From assembly GCA_027368075.1 (NCBI GenBank), contig DAICSO010000002.1, forward strand, positions 10,620-74,619: a stretch of DNA of 64,000 bases, written 5' to 3'. This DNA comes from a bacterium. GTDB taxonomy: Archaea > Thermoplasmatota > Thermoplasmata > Thermoplasmatales > Thermoplasmataceae. The position numbers and the translations under genes were made by a program. Below the pieces are notes generated by a model that worked only from the letters and a program-made list of their open reading frames with translations, ran no database searches and had not been told where the DNA came from. Below, piece by piece: positions 8,904 to 19,325 of the stretch. Every line of letters begins with the position of its first letter. Position 1 is the first letter of the stretch.

Positions 8904-11594
8904 TTAAAGCCTACTATGGAAAACCTCTCTTATTAAGTTTTCATCAATATCCTTGACTGACTCTGCTCGGAGAAATCTCTCACTGCCGGTTTGCCCATTT
9001 TTCGACAATCCCAACATTTCCCCAAGCTTTGCAGCGCTGATCTTTCCGCGCGAAAACAGCAAGATATTATTATTTGTTCCACGACCCAGCAGCACAACAA
9101 TCACCGCGTCTGCATCCATTCCATAGGCTGCCTTTGACAGGTCTTTCTCAGCTTCTTCCTCAAGGGAACCCCTGATAAACCTTATCCTGAATCCCGGGAC
9201 AGCGACATCGGTTCCTGAATCCAGGAGTTCCTTGACAGCCTGTTTTAGGTTCTTTTCATGTTGTTTTCTCATCTCGATGTTTTCCTCAACAAGTTGCCTG
9301 ACATTGCCCAGCAGGCTACCTTCATGTTTGCCTATAACTGAACTTATTTCATTGGATTCGTTGTAAACTGCACTGAAGAGGTTAACGGCTGCAGGTCCTG
9401 CGACAAAGGTTACGCGCTGGATCCCCTCCTGTATATTCTCAATACTTTTTATCTTCAGGGTCCCGATCTGGGAAGTTAGGGATAGATGTGTTCCACCGCA
9501 ACCTTCTGCATCAACTCCGTCGATTTCCACCACCCTGAGCTTGTCTGACAGTGGAACTCCTCCCTGAAACAATCTGAATCCATATTTCCCTATTGCATGG
9601 TTCCACTCTATGTTCTTTACAGTGATCTTCCTGCTCTCCGTGATTATCCTGTGGCACTCCATTTCGATCTTAAGGACAAGATCTTTGTCGATTTTCTTGT
9701 AGTTCGTGATATCTATCCTTGACTCATTGACTTCCTTCTGGACTCCATTCTGCCAGACGTGATCCCCTACGATCTTTCTCATCACACCGAGAAGAAGGTG
9801 CGTTGCGGAGTGGTGAACCATAAGCTGCCATCTCCGTTCGTAGTCTATTACACCTTTCACCCTTGATTTTTCCGGGATGTTTCCCTCTATATAATGAACA
9901 ATTGCCCTACCGCGTCTTTCCACCCTGGTGACTCTGATTTCCCTGCCGCCGTGGACAATTAAACCCAGATCATAGGGTTGTCCTCCCCCTTCCGGATAGA
10001 ACGCCGTCTGGTCAAGGATAACATAATTCTTCCCGGAATGGATAACCGAAGCGGTGAATTCGCGCATGCTAACGTCGTCATAGTAAAGTGGTCTTGTGAA
10101 AACGTCAGGGAATTTCTCCATGACCTGATCTTTCCTCTTCTTTGCATCGTGCCTGGATACAACGAGGGCCTGGAAATTATGAGGTATTGGGAAGTCCCTG
10201 CCGGTGATCTCCCTGTATATATGGGCTGCAAATTCCGGGTATATGCCATATGAATCGTACATTTCGAGAAGACTTTTCTCGTCGATCTTGCCCTCCCGTT
10301 CTATGATCCTTCTCAGCACCGACTCCCCTCTTCTTAGCGCAGCTGCGTACTTATCCATCTCTTCGGCTATTACTTCGTCGATGAAAACAGAAGGATAATT
10401 GAGTTTAAGTTTCCCTATGTTCTCCATCTGCAACCTGATCAAGTCGGAAAGAGAGAGGTGAATGCCGAGTTCTCCAATGAACCTCAGGGATCTTCTGATA
10501 AGAAGACGGGCCAGGTACCCGACCTTGACGTTGGAAGGTATGACGTAATCGCTGAACATGAATAGCAGGGTCCTGCTATGGTCTGAAAGGATGAAGGCTG
10601 CCATGAGTTTCTCCATCTCCTTCATGGTTTCCTCTGTGTTGCCACCGTTTCCCAGAGAGTGCCCCTTAACCGCCTTTAATATCACATCCCTTGGAACGGC
10701 CGATTCATCCGAAGCAAGCGCGGTGACTATCCTGGCTATCATGCCATCGTCCGGCCGCTTTATGCCTGAACTCTGGATTATGTCCGAAAGTATATTGGGA
10801 AAGATTGAATCGTATACGGTCGGAGTGCCTCTTGAGAGCCATACAAGCCTTTCAAGACCATATCCCGTATCCACGATTCTCTGGGGCATGGGCGAGTATT
10901 TCTTGCCTTCAACCTCAAAGATTCCATTCTCGTCTTCCGACATATCCATGAAAACCAGGGTAGCAACCTCGAGACCGAGAACGAATACTTCAAGCGCGTT
11001 CCCAGCGTTTCCTCCGCCAGACCACGGTTTCTCCTTATATGTTATAAGATCCTGGTTGATGCCCAGAGGTCCGGTGAGAAAAGAGTTGCAGTATTTTACG
11101 GTGTCGTCCTTCCAGTAAATTTCCATGCCCTCCCTGTTGAATGAATCGTGGCAGAGCATCTCGAAGCTTGTAAGATGCCTTCCTGTAACGCCAACCTGAT
11201 CAATGTCGTTCATCCTTATGCACGGCTGGGACATGGCGATTGGATTTCCCGGGGGAGATACCACACCAGACGTAACCTGTGGCTGGAAATCATAGATGGA
11301 GGCGTTAACCAGAAGCACATCGTCCCGCCATCTTGGTACCACCGGGTATGGTTGGACAATGGTGTGTGTTCCACTGAAGAAGCCGAGGAATTCCTTCCTC
11401 ATCTCATCAAGGCTGTACTTCCTGGAAGTTGGCGGTTTCCCGATGAATCCGTACTGATCGCATGGGGGATCGCCGCATGTCTTCCTCCTGAGGTCAGTTG
11501 TCCAGAAAAAGGACGAGCATGATGTGCATTTCTTTCTCTCCATTGATTGTTTCTTGAAAAAATCCAGTTCGAGTGGATTTGTGCTACTTGACAT
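8904..11594 (-). CDS. alaS: Alanine--tRNA ligase
   Basis: Archaeal N-terminal CxxC..CGD..C, QPCIR, GRHLTSFEM, DTGYGLER, editing HSATH and CGGTH. Confidence 0.97.
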   Translation of the reverse strand: MSSSTNPLELDFFKKQSMERKKCTSCSSFFWTTDLRRKTCGDPPCDQYGFIGKPPTSRKYSLDEMRKEFLGFFSGTHTIVQPYPVVPRWRDDVLLVNASIYDFQPQVTSGVVSPPGNPIAMSQPCIRMNDIDQVGVTGRHLTSFEMLCHDSFNREGMEIYWKDDTVKYCNSFLTGPLGINQDLITYKEKPWSGGGNAGNALEVFVLGLEVATLVFMDMSEDENGIFEVEGKKYSPMPQRIVDTGYGLERLVWLSRGTPTVYDSIFPNILSDIIQSSGIKRPDDGMIARIVTALASDESAVPRDVILKAVKGHSLGNGGNTEETMKEMEKLMAAFILSDHSRTLLFMFSDYVIPSNVKVGYLARLLIRRSLRFIGELGIHLSLSDLIRLQMENIGKLKLNYPSVFIDEVIAEEMDKYAAALRRGESVLRRIIEREGKIDEKSLLEMYDSYGIYPEFAAHIYREITGRDFPIPHNFQALVVSRHDAKKRKDQVMEKFPDVFTRPLYYDDVSMREFTASVIHSGKNYVILDQTAFYPEGGGQPYDLGLIVHGGREIRVTRVERRGRAIVHYIEGNIPEKSRVKGVIDYERRWQLMVHHSATHLLLGVMRKIVGDHVWQNGVQKEVNESRIDITNYKKIDKDLVLKIEMECHRIITESRKITVKNIEWNHAIGKYGFRLFQGGVPLSDKLRVVEIDGVDAEGCGGTHLSLTSQIGTLKIKSIENIQEGIQRVTFVAGPAAVNLFSAVYNESNEISSVIGKHEGSLLGNVRQLVEENIEMRKQHEKNLKQAVKELLDSGTDVAVPGFRIRFIRGSLEEEAEKDLSKAAYGMDADAVIVVLLGRGTNNNILLFSRGKISAAKLGEMLGLSKNGQTGSERFLRAESVKDIDENLIREVFHSRL

Positions 11595-11669
11595 CTTTGG
11601 AACCTCTTATTATGTTTCAGAGCTAAAATATTACGGCGATATTATAAGGTATCCTATTTTCCCAAAACG

Positions 11670-12323
11670 CTATTTCCGTTCCAGATAGAGCATGTAGTTT
11701 GCCTTGTCGTATGGGACGAGGTTCACCTTCTGTATCACCCTGAAGTCATCTATCTCCGAGATTGCCTTATTCAGGATTTCCTCCTCGTTCTGCCTGGACG
11801 ATATTGCCCTGATCTTTATGACAAGCAATGCTTTTCTAGCTTCGCGGAAAACGTCTGCATTATTGTTGAATATCTGGATCTGGTTTCTCTGGGATATATC
11901 CTGGTATATAATGTCGACATTCTCCACGAAGAATGAGTAGCGCTCTACAAGGTTTGCGTCCTCAAGGATCGGATAAATATTCGTTCTGTTCTCTGCCAGC
12001 GAGAGCAACTTCGTGAAAGGCTCATAGGAGAGTTCGACGGCATAGATTTTTCCAAGAGTGCATATATCCGACAGGTGGCTCACCGTTGTTCCCGTGGACG
12101 CCCCCAGATATAGCACATTGCTAGTTTCCGAAAAAGGAAAAAATTTCAATCCCTTTATGAAAGCAGCAGAAAGCTTGCTCCTCTTGGGGTTCCAGTATCG
12201 ATAAAAGCTGCCGGAAATCTTCTTCGTTACCTCTCCGTATACACTTCTGGCTGTTTCGGACCTCGTATACAGCTTTTTTCCCTCTATGTAAATCCTCTTG
12301 GAATCCAGTGTAGACAGCTTCAA
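11670..12323 (-). CDS. flpA: Fibrillarin-like rRNA/tRNA 2'-O-methyltransferase
   Basis: WNPKRSKLSAA, VLYLGASTGTTVSH, YQDISQRNQ. Start at TTG 12323 with upstream GGAGGT; the longer ORF to 12440 would overlap aMBF1. Confidence 0.92.
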   Translation of the reverse strand: MKLSTLDSKRIYIEGKKLYTRSETARSVYGEVTKKISGSFYRYWNPKRSKLSAAFIKGLKFFPFSETSNVLYLGASTGTTVSHLSDICTLGKIYAVELSYEPFTKLLSLAENRTNIYPILEDANLVERYSFFVENVDIIYQDISQRNQIQIFNNNADVFREARKALLVIKIRAISSRQNEEEILNKAISEIDDFRVIQKVNLVPYDKANYMLYLERK

Positions 12324-12397
12324 AAACCTCCTGCTTTTATTTTGTTCAGGATGTTGAAAGCAGTAAAAGATATTTAGTCTTTTAGAAATACAGGCAC

Positions 12398-12859
12398 ATG
12401 GCCAGCATTGAATGCGAAATGTGCGGAAAGAAGACTGCAAAAACCACTAAGATCAGAGTTGATGGGGCGATCCTCAATGTGTGTGATGACTGTGCCAGAT
12501 TTGGAAAACCGGTTGATGCTGTGAGGAGCTTCAATTCACTCCCCACCGAACATAGCGAAAAGCCGAAGCCAGTGACAATGCCGGAGAAACCCAGAGCTTA
12601 TAGCGCACCATTGAGATCTAAACCCGTCTACAGGAAGCCTAAGGAAGACCTGGAATCCATGGATATAGACCCCGATTATGCCATAATTATTAAGGAGGCG
12701 AGAGAAAAACTCTCGTGGACACAGGAGGAGCTTGCAAAGAAACTTCAGGAGAGAAAAAATGTGGTGTCCAGCATCGAGAGGGGGGAGCTTATGCCCGACA
12801 TAAGAATTGCAAGGAAAATGGAGAAGTTGCTTGAGGTCAAACTTATCCAGAAAGCCTGA
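12398..12859 (+). CDS. Archaeal multiprotein bridging factor aMBF1 (Zn ribbon + Cro-like HTH)
   Basis: CEMCG...VCDDCARFG, then AREKLSWTQEELA..L.ERKNVVSSIERG. Confidence 0.92.
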   Translation: MASIECEMCGKKTAKTTKIRVDGAILNVCDDCARFGKPVDAVRSFNSLPTEHSEKPKPVTMPEKPRAYSAPLRSKPVYRKPKEDLESMDIDPDYAIIIKEAREKLSWTQEELAKKLQERKNVVSSIERGELMPDIRIARKMEKLLEVKLIQKA

Positions 12860-12970
12860 ATTGCTCGCTCGGTATGCAACCATAGATTTTTCAATGGTAT
12901 GATAATGTATCACATACCTATGAAAAAAGGTTAAATAACTATCTTTTTATTTGTCTGGTAGGTACCAGAA

Positions 12971-13258
12971 TTGAAAATAGAAATAGGTCAAAGACTGGAA
13001 TTTGAAGTGGACCGCGAGGACATTCTTGGCACTAACAACACATCTATAATAGCGACATGGTATCACCTGGGAACACCTATATTCGTTGAACTGGCGGTAA
13101 GCAAGACCCTGATGGCTGAACTGAGCAAACTCTTCAAGGGCAATGACAGGAAAACTGCCCTTGTTTCTATCTCAAGAGTTTCTAAGGCAAAGTATGTTGT
13201 TGAACCAACAATGGTTCTCATTAACAGCCAGAGAAAGAACATCACTCCATTGAAGTGA
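12971..13258 (+). CDS. Hypothetical small beta-rich protein
   Basis: 95-aa ORF filling the intergenic gap, TATA-like TTAAATA upstream, T-rich tract downstream; no recognised motif. Confidence 0.7.
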   Translation: MKIEIGQRLEFEVDREDILGTNNTSIIATWYHLGTPIFVELAVSKTLMAELSKLFKGNDRKTALVSISRVSKAKYVVEPTMVLINSQRKNITPLK

Positions 13259-13300
13259 TGACCAGATTATTTTCATTCATTTTGCTGCTACCTTAACAAT

Positions 13301-14263
13301 TTACTTATATTTATAGAATCCAGCTCCGGACTTCCTTCCGAGCATGCCGGCCGATACCATCCTTTTCAGAAGATTTGAAGGCCGGTATTTTGGATCTCCA
13401 TACTCCTCATACAGAACCCTGGCAACATCGTAAGTGATATCCAGTCCAACCATGTCTGCAAGCTCCAGGGGACCCATCGGGAGACCCGCGCCGGCCTTCA
13501 TGGCGCGGTCTATGTCTTCGGCCTTCGCAACTCCTTCATCCAGAATGAACACAGCCTCGTTCATCATCGGGACGAGCATCCTGTTCACCAAGAACCCTGG
13601 CACTTCCTTGACTCTTATGGGCACCATCTGGGTTCGGTGGTTTCGAAGAGTTGCAATGAATTCCTGGACAGTTTCAAGCGTGTTTTCGGATGTCTGCAAG
13701 GCAGGAACTATCTCCACCAGTGGCAGAGTGTATGGCGGGTTGAAGAAATGGGTTATCACCACCCGATCTGGCCTGGAAACGCTGCTAGCCATTGCACTTA
13801 TGCTCAGTGAGGATGTGTTGGACGCTATTATTGTATCTTCGCGGGAGTGCCCTGAGATGTCCGAGAATATCTCCTTCTTCACTGACATGTTCTCGAAGGC
13901 GGCCTCTATGACAATGTCAGCATCGCCAAAATCCTGGAAAGATTCGGTGCCATGGATGCGCTTCATCGTCTGATCGACGAAATCCTGTCCGTAGCGGGGT
14001 TTAAGTTTCTCCATGATTGTTTCCTTCTGCCCGGCCGTAAGTTGCAGTCCCATAGCTTCAATGCGAGAAATTTCTTTCGTCGCCCTTGACCCCTCATAGG
14101 AGACAAGGTCCGTGAGTATCTTTCTGATGCGTGACTTGCCCTTTTCGACGAGTTCCTGCCTGACATCCTTTAGAAGAACCTCGTATCCGTTGAATGCCAT
14201 AACTTCAGCAATAGCGGACCCCATGCTCCCTGCCCCAACAACTGCGATCTTTTTTCCTGCCAT
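13301..14263 (-). CDS. 3-hydroxyacyl-CoA dehydrogenase
   Basis: GAGSMG, EAAFENMSVKK, SNTSSLSI, HFFNPP, PGFLVNR, PMGPLELADMVGLD, LGRKSGAGFY. Confidence 0.93.
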   Translation of the reverse strand: MAGKKIAVVGAGSMGSAIAEVMAFNGYEVLLKDVRQELVEKGKSRIRKILTDLVSYEGSRATKEISRIEAMGLQLTAGQKETIMEKLKPRYGQDFVDQTMKRIHGTESFQDFGDADIVIEAAFENMSVKKEIFSDISGHSREDTIIASNTSSLSISAMASSVSRPDRVVITHFFNPPYTLPLVEIVPALQTSENTLETVQEFIATLRNHRTQMVPIRVKEVPGFLVNRMLVPMMNEAVFILDEGVAKAEDIDRAMKAGAGLPMGPLELADMVGLDITYDVARVLYEEYGDPKYRPSNLLKRMVSAGMLGRKSGAGFYKYK

Positions 14264-14344
14264 AAAAATCTACCCGCCGTAAATCGCCCTGGATTTAATG
14301 AACATTCTTCTTTGAGGGGAACCGGGAAAACTGAATTCCCGATC

Positions 14345-15274
14345 TTACCTGTTTATAAGGTCATCCAGTGCCATCCCGAGGTCAGGGAACCTGAACCTGA
14401 AACCGTTATCGAGAGCGGCTTTGGGATATACTTTTCTTCCTCTTGATATGACTGAGGAACCTTTTCCTATGAGTATCCTGATCAAAAATGGTGGAATGGC
14501 CATGTTACCACGCTTTTTCATTGTCCTGCCCAATTCTGACGCAAACTGCTTCATGTCCGGTATATTCGGCGAAGATGCGTTTACAGGGCCCTTAACGAAA
14601 TCATTTTCCATGGCAAATTTGATGAGAGAAATCTCATCCACCACGTGTATCCAGGGAAACCACTGTGTGCCAGGCTTCACGTAACCTCCCAAATTTCTCC
14701 TGAATACAGGTTCCAGCTTCCCAAGTGCCCCCTCCCCTCTTGATAAGATCACACTCGTTCTGATCATAACCACACGAACTTTCATTTCCTCTGCTTTCTT
14801 TGCTTCCGCTTCCCAGTCCATCACGAGTTTCCCCCAAAAATCATTGCCGGGAGGCGTTGCTTCCGTTACCAGGTTATCATCTGATATCTCGTAGCCATAA
14901 TACCCAGAAGCTGATGCATTGACGAGAAACCGTGGCCTATTTTTTGCAGAGCGGATGCCATCCACCAGTGCCTTGGTCGACTGAACCCTGCTGTCAATAA
15001 TTTCCCTGACATATTTTTTAGTCCATCTCTTGAAAACAGGGGCACCTGATAGGTTTATGACACCCAGGCTTCCATCAAGCTCCTTCACCCACTCCCCCGG
15101 TTTCTCATAGTTGAATTCTACGTACCTGGATGCATACGGAACCTTCAGCCTGGCGTTTTCAGGATTCCTTGAAAAGACGGTGACCTCATAGCCAGATTCC
15201 TTCAGCAGCTTGCATAGTTTATTTCCTATGGAACCTGTAGCTCCTGCGACAACCACTTTCCTGTTTTGATACAT
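14345..15274 (-). CDS. TIGR01777/YfcH-like NAD-dependent epimerase-family protein
   Basis: GATGSIG, INLSGAP..RWT, SRVQST, ASASGYYG, GTQWFPWIH. Confidence 0.88.
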   Translation of the reverse strand: MYQNRKVVVAGATGSIGNKLCKLLKESGYEVTVFSRNPENARLKVPYASRYVEFNYEKPGEWVKELDGSLGVINLSGAPVFKRWTKKYVREIIDSRVQSTKALVDGIRSAKNRPRFLVNASASGYYGYEISDDNLVTEATPPGNDFWGKLVMDWEAEAKKAEEMKVRVVMIRTSVILSRGEGALGKLEPVFRRNLGGYVKPGTQWFPWIHVVDEISLIKFAMENDFVKGPVNASSPNIPDMKQFASELGRTMKKRGNMAIPPFLIRILIGKGSSVISRGRKVYPKAALDNGFRFRFPDLGMALDDLINR

Positions 15275-15420
15275 TCATGTGGAAATATAATTCCACCTTA
15301 ATAAAGTGACCTGACATCTTTCCATTTAATTCTGCCTTTGCATTCTTGAATTACTGGAAGGCGGTTCTTGATATTCGATAGAAAGCCATATGATGTCTTA
15401 TATTATTTCTATTCTGCAAA

Positions 15421-16536
15421 ATGGTAAACCACGGCAGAGAAAAATCTCCTCCCCTGATTTCTGCGAATGAAAGGACGGCGCTTTCGGAAGAAGCTATTTC
15501 CATTATGAATGAACAACTTCCCGGGATCATCAGCCAGACTGATATACTGAGCCTGAGAAAGTCCGCAATGGATCTTCTCGATCTGATGTACAAGGCACCT
15601 CCATCGGTATCAAATCCAGTCAACCCCAGCAGGCTGATATCAAGGGAGGTTGTAATTGCGGAACTCAATCAGGTGGCTGCCTCCAGGACCGCTGAGAGGG
15701 CTGCTTACTATGCAAAGCGGCTGTATAGAAGCCTGAACCATACAAGAACGGGCACGGTAAATGACATTGATCTCTCCAGGTGGAAGGAATATGATGACAT
15801 AATTACCGACAGCCTCTGGATAGAAAAGGGAAGGGACCGAAGCTCCGGGCACGGTGCATGGTACTGGGGAAATTTCATACCAATGATACCGAGGCAGATG
15901 ATGCAAAGGTATACAAAGAAGGGGGACTGGGTCCTTGATCCATTTATGGGAAGCGGGACTACCCTCATAGAATCCCGTAAACTGGGCAGGAACGCAATAG
16001 GCCTGGATCTTAATCCTGAAACTGTCACCAGGGCGACCGGGATTATTAACGGTACTGAAAACCCGTTCCATGTTTCCACAAGATCCTATGCCGGAAATTC
16101 CCTTGCAATTGATTACCATACAATAATGAAAGAAAATGACATTGGAAACTTCCAGCTTGTAATATTGCACCCACCTTATCAGGACATAATCAGGTTCTCG
16201 GAATCACCCGATGATCTCTCAAACATTGAGGATACCGGAACTTTCATTAGAAAGATTGGAGAACTGTCGGAGAAAATGCAGGAGGTGCTGCAGAAAGGCA
16301 GATACCTTGTACTGGTGATTGGCGATAAATATTCAAAAGGCGTTCATATCCCTCTGGGATTTTACTGCATGAACGAGATCATGCAAAGGGGTTTTCTGCT
16401 AAGGAGCATGGTGGTCAAAAACTTTGACACGACAAAGGGCAAGAGAAGCAGTGAGCAACTTTGGAGATACCGGGCCTTGAGCGGTGGATTCTACGTCTTC
16501 AAGCATGAATATATATTTATCTTCAGCACGGAGTAG
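15421..16536 (+). CDS. N4/N6 DNA methyltransferase (motif I before motif IV); no adjacent endonuclease
   Basis: VLDPFMGSGTT (SAM-binding motif I), then LHPPY (motif IV), and HEYIFIF C-terminus. Confidence 0.78.
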   Translation: MVNHGREKSPPLISANERTALSEEAISIMNEQLPGIISQTDILSLRKSAMDLLDLMYKAPPSVSNPVNPSRLISREVVIAELNQVAASRTAERAAYYAKRLYRSLNHTRTGTVNDIDLSRWKEYDDIITDSLWIEKGRDRSSGHGAWYWGNFIPMIPRQMMQRYTKKGDWVLDPFMGSGTTLIESRKLGRNAIGLDLNPETVTRATGIINGTENPFHVSTRSYAGNSLAIDYHTIMKENDIGNFQLVILHPPYQDIIRFSESPDDLSNIEDTGTFIRKIGELSEKMQEVLQKGRYLVLVIGDKYSKGVHIPLGFYCMNEIMQRGFLLRSMVVKNFDTTKGKRSSEQLWRYRALSGGFYVFKHEYIFIFSTE

Positions 16537-16549
16537 CCTGTTTTTTGTG

Positions 16550-17194
16550 TCAATAAAGGCATTTTTGAAGCGCTACCCCGATATTCTCATAAACAATGAG
16601 AGAAGTCTTGTGCCCAACATCTGTCAGCCTGCCACCGAATTCCATATCCTTCCCCTGGTTTGCCACGAATATGGATACCGTGTCGGTTGAAGTGCCCGGA
16701 GAAATTTTTCCGGTGATCCTGTCCGTGATGCCCAAGTCATTGAATGCCTGTGCCTTCGCCTCGACTATTGTCTGATAAAGGTTCAGGGTTCCAGAATCAC
16801 TCAGAGGGAGGTCTGTCAGGACGCATACGTTTACTGTTCCGTTACCTTCACTTCCTTTGCTCCCCATGCTAATGGCGTTTCCTGATCCTGCTGTGATTGC
16901 AGCCGTAAGAAAGTGATCCCCTATTTTATCCTCGATTAACACAAAATCCAAAACGGAACACGCCGTGAGGGTGACTGTTATCCCATTCGCATCAATATTA
17001 TTCCTGCCAAGGAACTGTGGAATCTCTACTCCGGGATTGTAACTGTAATTCCTTTCTACATGCCTGTTTGCATACGCAATTGACTCGCCTATTCCGCCAT
17101 TGTAAGGGGCGGAACTGAATTTTCTCATTGCTCTGAAAAATCTAATGAGATAAAAGTCCGCATGCCTCTCGATTCCGTAATACCCGGTTACCAT
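16550..17194 (-). CDS. cbiZ: Adenosylcobinamide amidohydrolase-like
   Basis: SSAPYNGG, ITAG.GN, GTVN, EAK..A, GTSTD. Confidence 0.8.
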   Translation of the reverse strand: MVTGYYGIERHADFYLIRFFRAMRKFSSAPYNGGIGESIAYANRHVERNYSYNPGVEIPQFLGRNNIDANGITVTLTACSVLDFVLIEDKIGDHFLTAAITAGSGNAISMGSKGSEGNGTVNVCVLTDLPLSDSGTLNLYQTIVEAKAQAFNDLGITDRITGKISPGTSTDTVSIFVANQGKDMEFGGRLTDVGHKTSLIVYENIGVALQKCLY

Positions 17195-17229
17195 TCCCTC
17201 ATCCGAACGCTGAAATTTGCGGGGGCTAA

Positions 17230-17826
17230 TTATGCTATGTACGAAGTAGCTGAAGAATCGAATTTGCTGACAATCCTCAGGGAACTACCATTTCCCGATC
17301 CAGCATACTTTAACTGCGGATACATGGTCCACACGTCTCCCGCACTCATCCTTGCGGCGTGATGTTTCTCTCCAAAAGCGACGCGGGCAACTTTTGCAGT
17401 TATCTCCCTGGCCTCCATTTCATCAATGTACCCGAGTGAGTGGATGTATTCGTGAGCCAAGATCATATAGATGAACGAATTGAATTCCCGCTCCGATCCG
17501 GAAAGTTTTAGCATTGCCCTGACCAGATTTTCATTCATTACGATATAGTTGCCCCCAACCTGCCAGTATGCACCAAGAGTAGATGGCAGATCGGATAATG
17601 CCAATCCGATGCCGGACCTTTCCTTTCCTGTGACATACCTGACTGATTCTTTAACAACCTCAAAAATGCTGTCGTAGTCCATTCTTGAGTCAAGTGAGTT
17701 AACGAAAAGGCTTTCATCTCCAATCTTACCACGGAATTTCCCGGTAACGGGTAAGGAGTAATTTTTCCTCGAGCCAACGGAAGAAGATGCAAAATCTGCA
17801 TAGAATCCATTTATCATAAGTATCAA
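17230..17826 (-). CDS. Hypothetical zincin-like metallopeptidase
   Basis: HEYIH (HExxH) followed by EMEA. Confidence 0.6.
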   Translation of the reverse strand: MILMINGFYADFASSSVGSRKNYSLPVTGKFRGKIGDESLFVNSLDSRMDYDSIFEVVKESVRYVTGKERSGIGLALSDLPSTLGAYWQVGGNYIVMNENLVRAMLKLSGSEREFNSFIYMILAHEYIHSLGYIDEMEAREITAKVARVAFGEKHHAARMSAGDVWTMYPQLKYAGSGNGSSLRIVSKFDSSATSYIA

Positions 17827-18008
17827 TTCCTGAAAAATAATTTTGAACTTCTATAAAAATATAATGTATTATGATCGCATAATATGGTTTTTATGTGACG
17901 TGAATTAAAACTATTTCAACTTAGCCGCAATTTTTGGATTGGTAAAGAATATTAATATATAAATAATTATATAAGTTCACACAAAAAGCAAACGGCTGTT
18001 GAAATTAA

Positions 18009-18881
18009 ATGATAGTTTTGAGTCTGACCAACTTACTTTATTTCCTCCCTGAGTACATTATCGCAACTGCACTATCACTAATCTCCTTTGAGCTTGTGGA
18101 TCGTATCAGGAAACCAGGAGTAAGCGTAAGACCGCGAATGGAAGGACCAATGCAAAGCTGGATTGGCTTATGCGCCGGGCTTTTTTCATATGCCGATGAC
18201 GGCCAGGATAACTGCATTGACAATATCTTTGATCTGAAGATTGTATCCTGCTCACCATCGCTCTCGACAAGCAGGTCAGGAGCATACATGGGTGACGGGT
18301 ATTCGTCATTTGATCCTGTAATTCAGCGGATAACTCCGTTTGATAGGAGAGCAATGTATCCCGTTGAAAAGAAGCTGCCATCCCAACCCTTTGTGAACGG
18401 ACCAGCATTTTACCTGTACAGAACCGCGATTTCCGTAACCGTATGGAGCGGAGCTTTTCTGCTGATAACGCCCTTCAGGTACTTACACTTCTTCCTGCCA
18501 AATTTTGGGACAGGCATTGACGTACTTGTAGATGTTATCATTGGGGTAGCGGTATTTGAATCCGTGATCACAGCCATCGCAACAAAGACCGGCAGAAACA
18601 GCACCTGGATACTTGTAACAGAATTTCTTGTTGTGCTTGTTGCATCGGCTGCCCTCTTCTCACCTGCCATGGCGTGGTTCAGGATCGAGACTAGGATCAT
18701 GCAGCTGGAGATTTACTCAATGTTGATATTTTTTATATCTGCCATCACTATTCTTGCTTTCCTTATAGGTAAAAAATCGTATACTTTCATGGTCTCTTTT
18801 ATTTTCGCCATGATTGCATACTCCCTCTTTATTGCAACGACCGTTATCAATATATTGACGTTCATTTTGAGAAGTACCTGA
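18009..18881 (+). CDS. Hypothetical polytopic membrane protein
   Basis: One N-terminal hydrophobic helix, a ~100-aa soluble loop, then about 5 TM helices; strong AT-rich TATA region upstream. Confidence 0.65.
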   Translation: MIVLSLTNLLYFLPEYIIATALSLISFELVDRIRKPGVSVRPRMEGPMQSWIGLCAGLFSYADDGQDNCIDNIFDLKIVSCSPSLSTSRSGAYMGDGYSSFDPVIQRITPFDRRAMYPVEKKLPSQPFVNGPAFYLYRTAISVTVWSGAFLLITPFRYLHFFLPNFGTGIDVLVDVIIGVAVFESVITAIATKTGRNSTWILVTEFLVVLVASAALFSPAMAWFRIETRIMQLEIYSMLIFFISAITILAFLIGKKSYTFMVSFIFAMIAYSLFIATTVINILTFILRST

Positions 18882-19132
18882 AATTCAGGCCTCTGGAACT
18901 ATGTTGACGAGGTCTACGTATGCGCGTAAAGTGCCGCTTTCATTCTCTCGAATATAGTTCCGAAATAAATATCAGGTACTAAGGGCTTGCTGGTCGCAAA
19001 TCCGGGTCCATAAAGCACTACAACTTTTATCTTTCCAGTTCAGAGGTCATCGAATTATAGTCCAGACTGTTCAGCGGAGGGGGAGAAAAAATACGGAGTT
19101 ATGTCGAGTTCCGTTATTTCGAGGAATGAATA

Positions 19133-19206
19133 CGCCCGAGCCGGGATTTGAACCCGAATCTGAGGCTCCGCAGGCCCCTAGGATATCCAGATTACCCCAC
19201 TCGGGC
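19133..19206 (-). tRNA. tRNA-Arg(GCG)
   Basis: GCCCGAG acceptor stem, GGGGC-CT-GCG-GA-GCCTC anticodon arm, GGTTCAAATCC T-loop. Confidence 0.95.
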
Positions 19207-19325
19207 AGGGTCGAAGTCCTATATTTTAGCATCTAATGTATTTTTGCCCGACTGAATGAACACATATCAAATCTGTGCCGAACAATGATAAGAAAGGATT
19301 AAAATTCACTTTAAAATATCCAGGA

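Noticed and set aside
12324-12440. N-terminal extension of fibrillarin
   Set aside because: Overlaps aMBF1 and the promoter; a GGAGGT SD supports TTG at 12323.
18870-19132. 13-bp imperfect inverted repeat and a short startless reading frame (GKIKVVVLYGPG...) near the tRNA-Arg(GCG) 3' end
   Set aside because: Too short, no start codon and no recognisable homology; could be chance.
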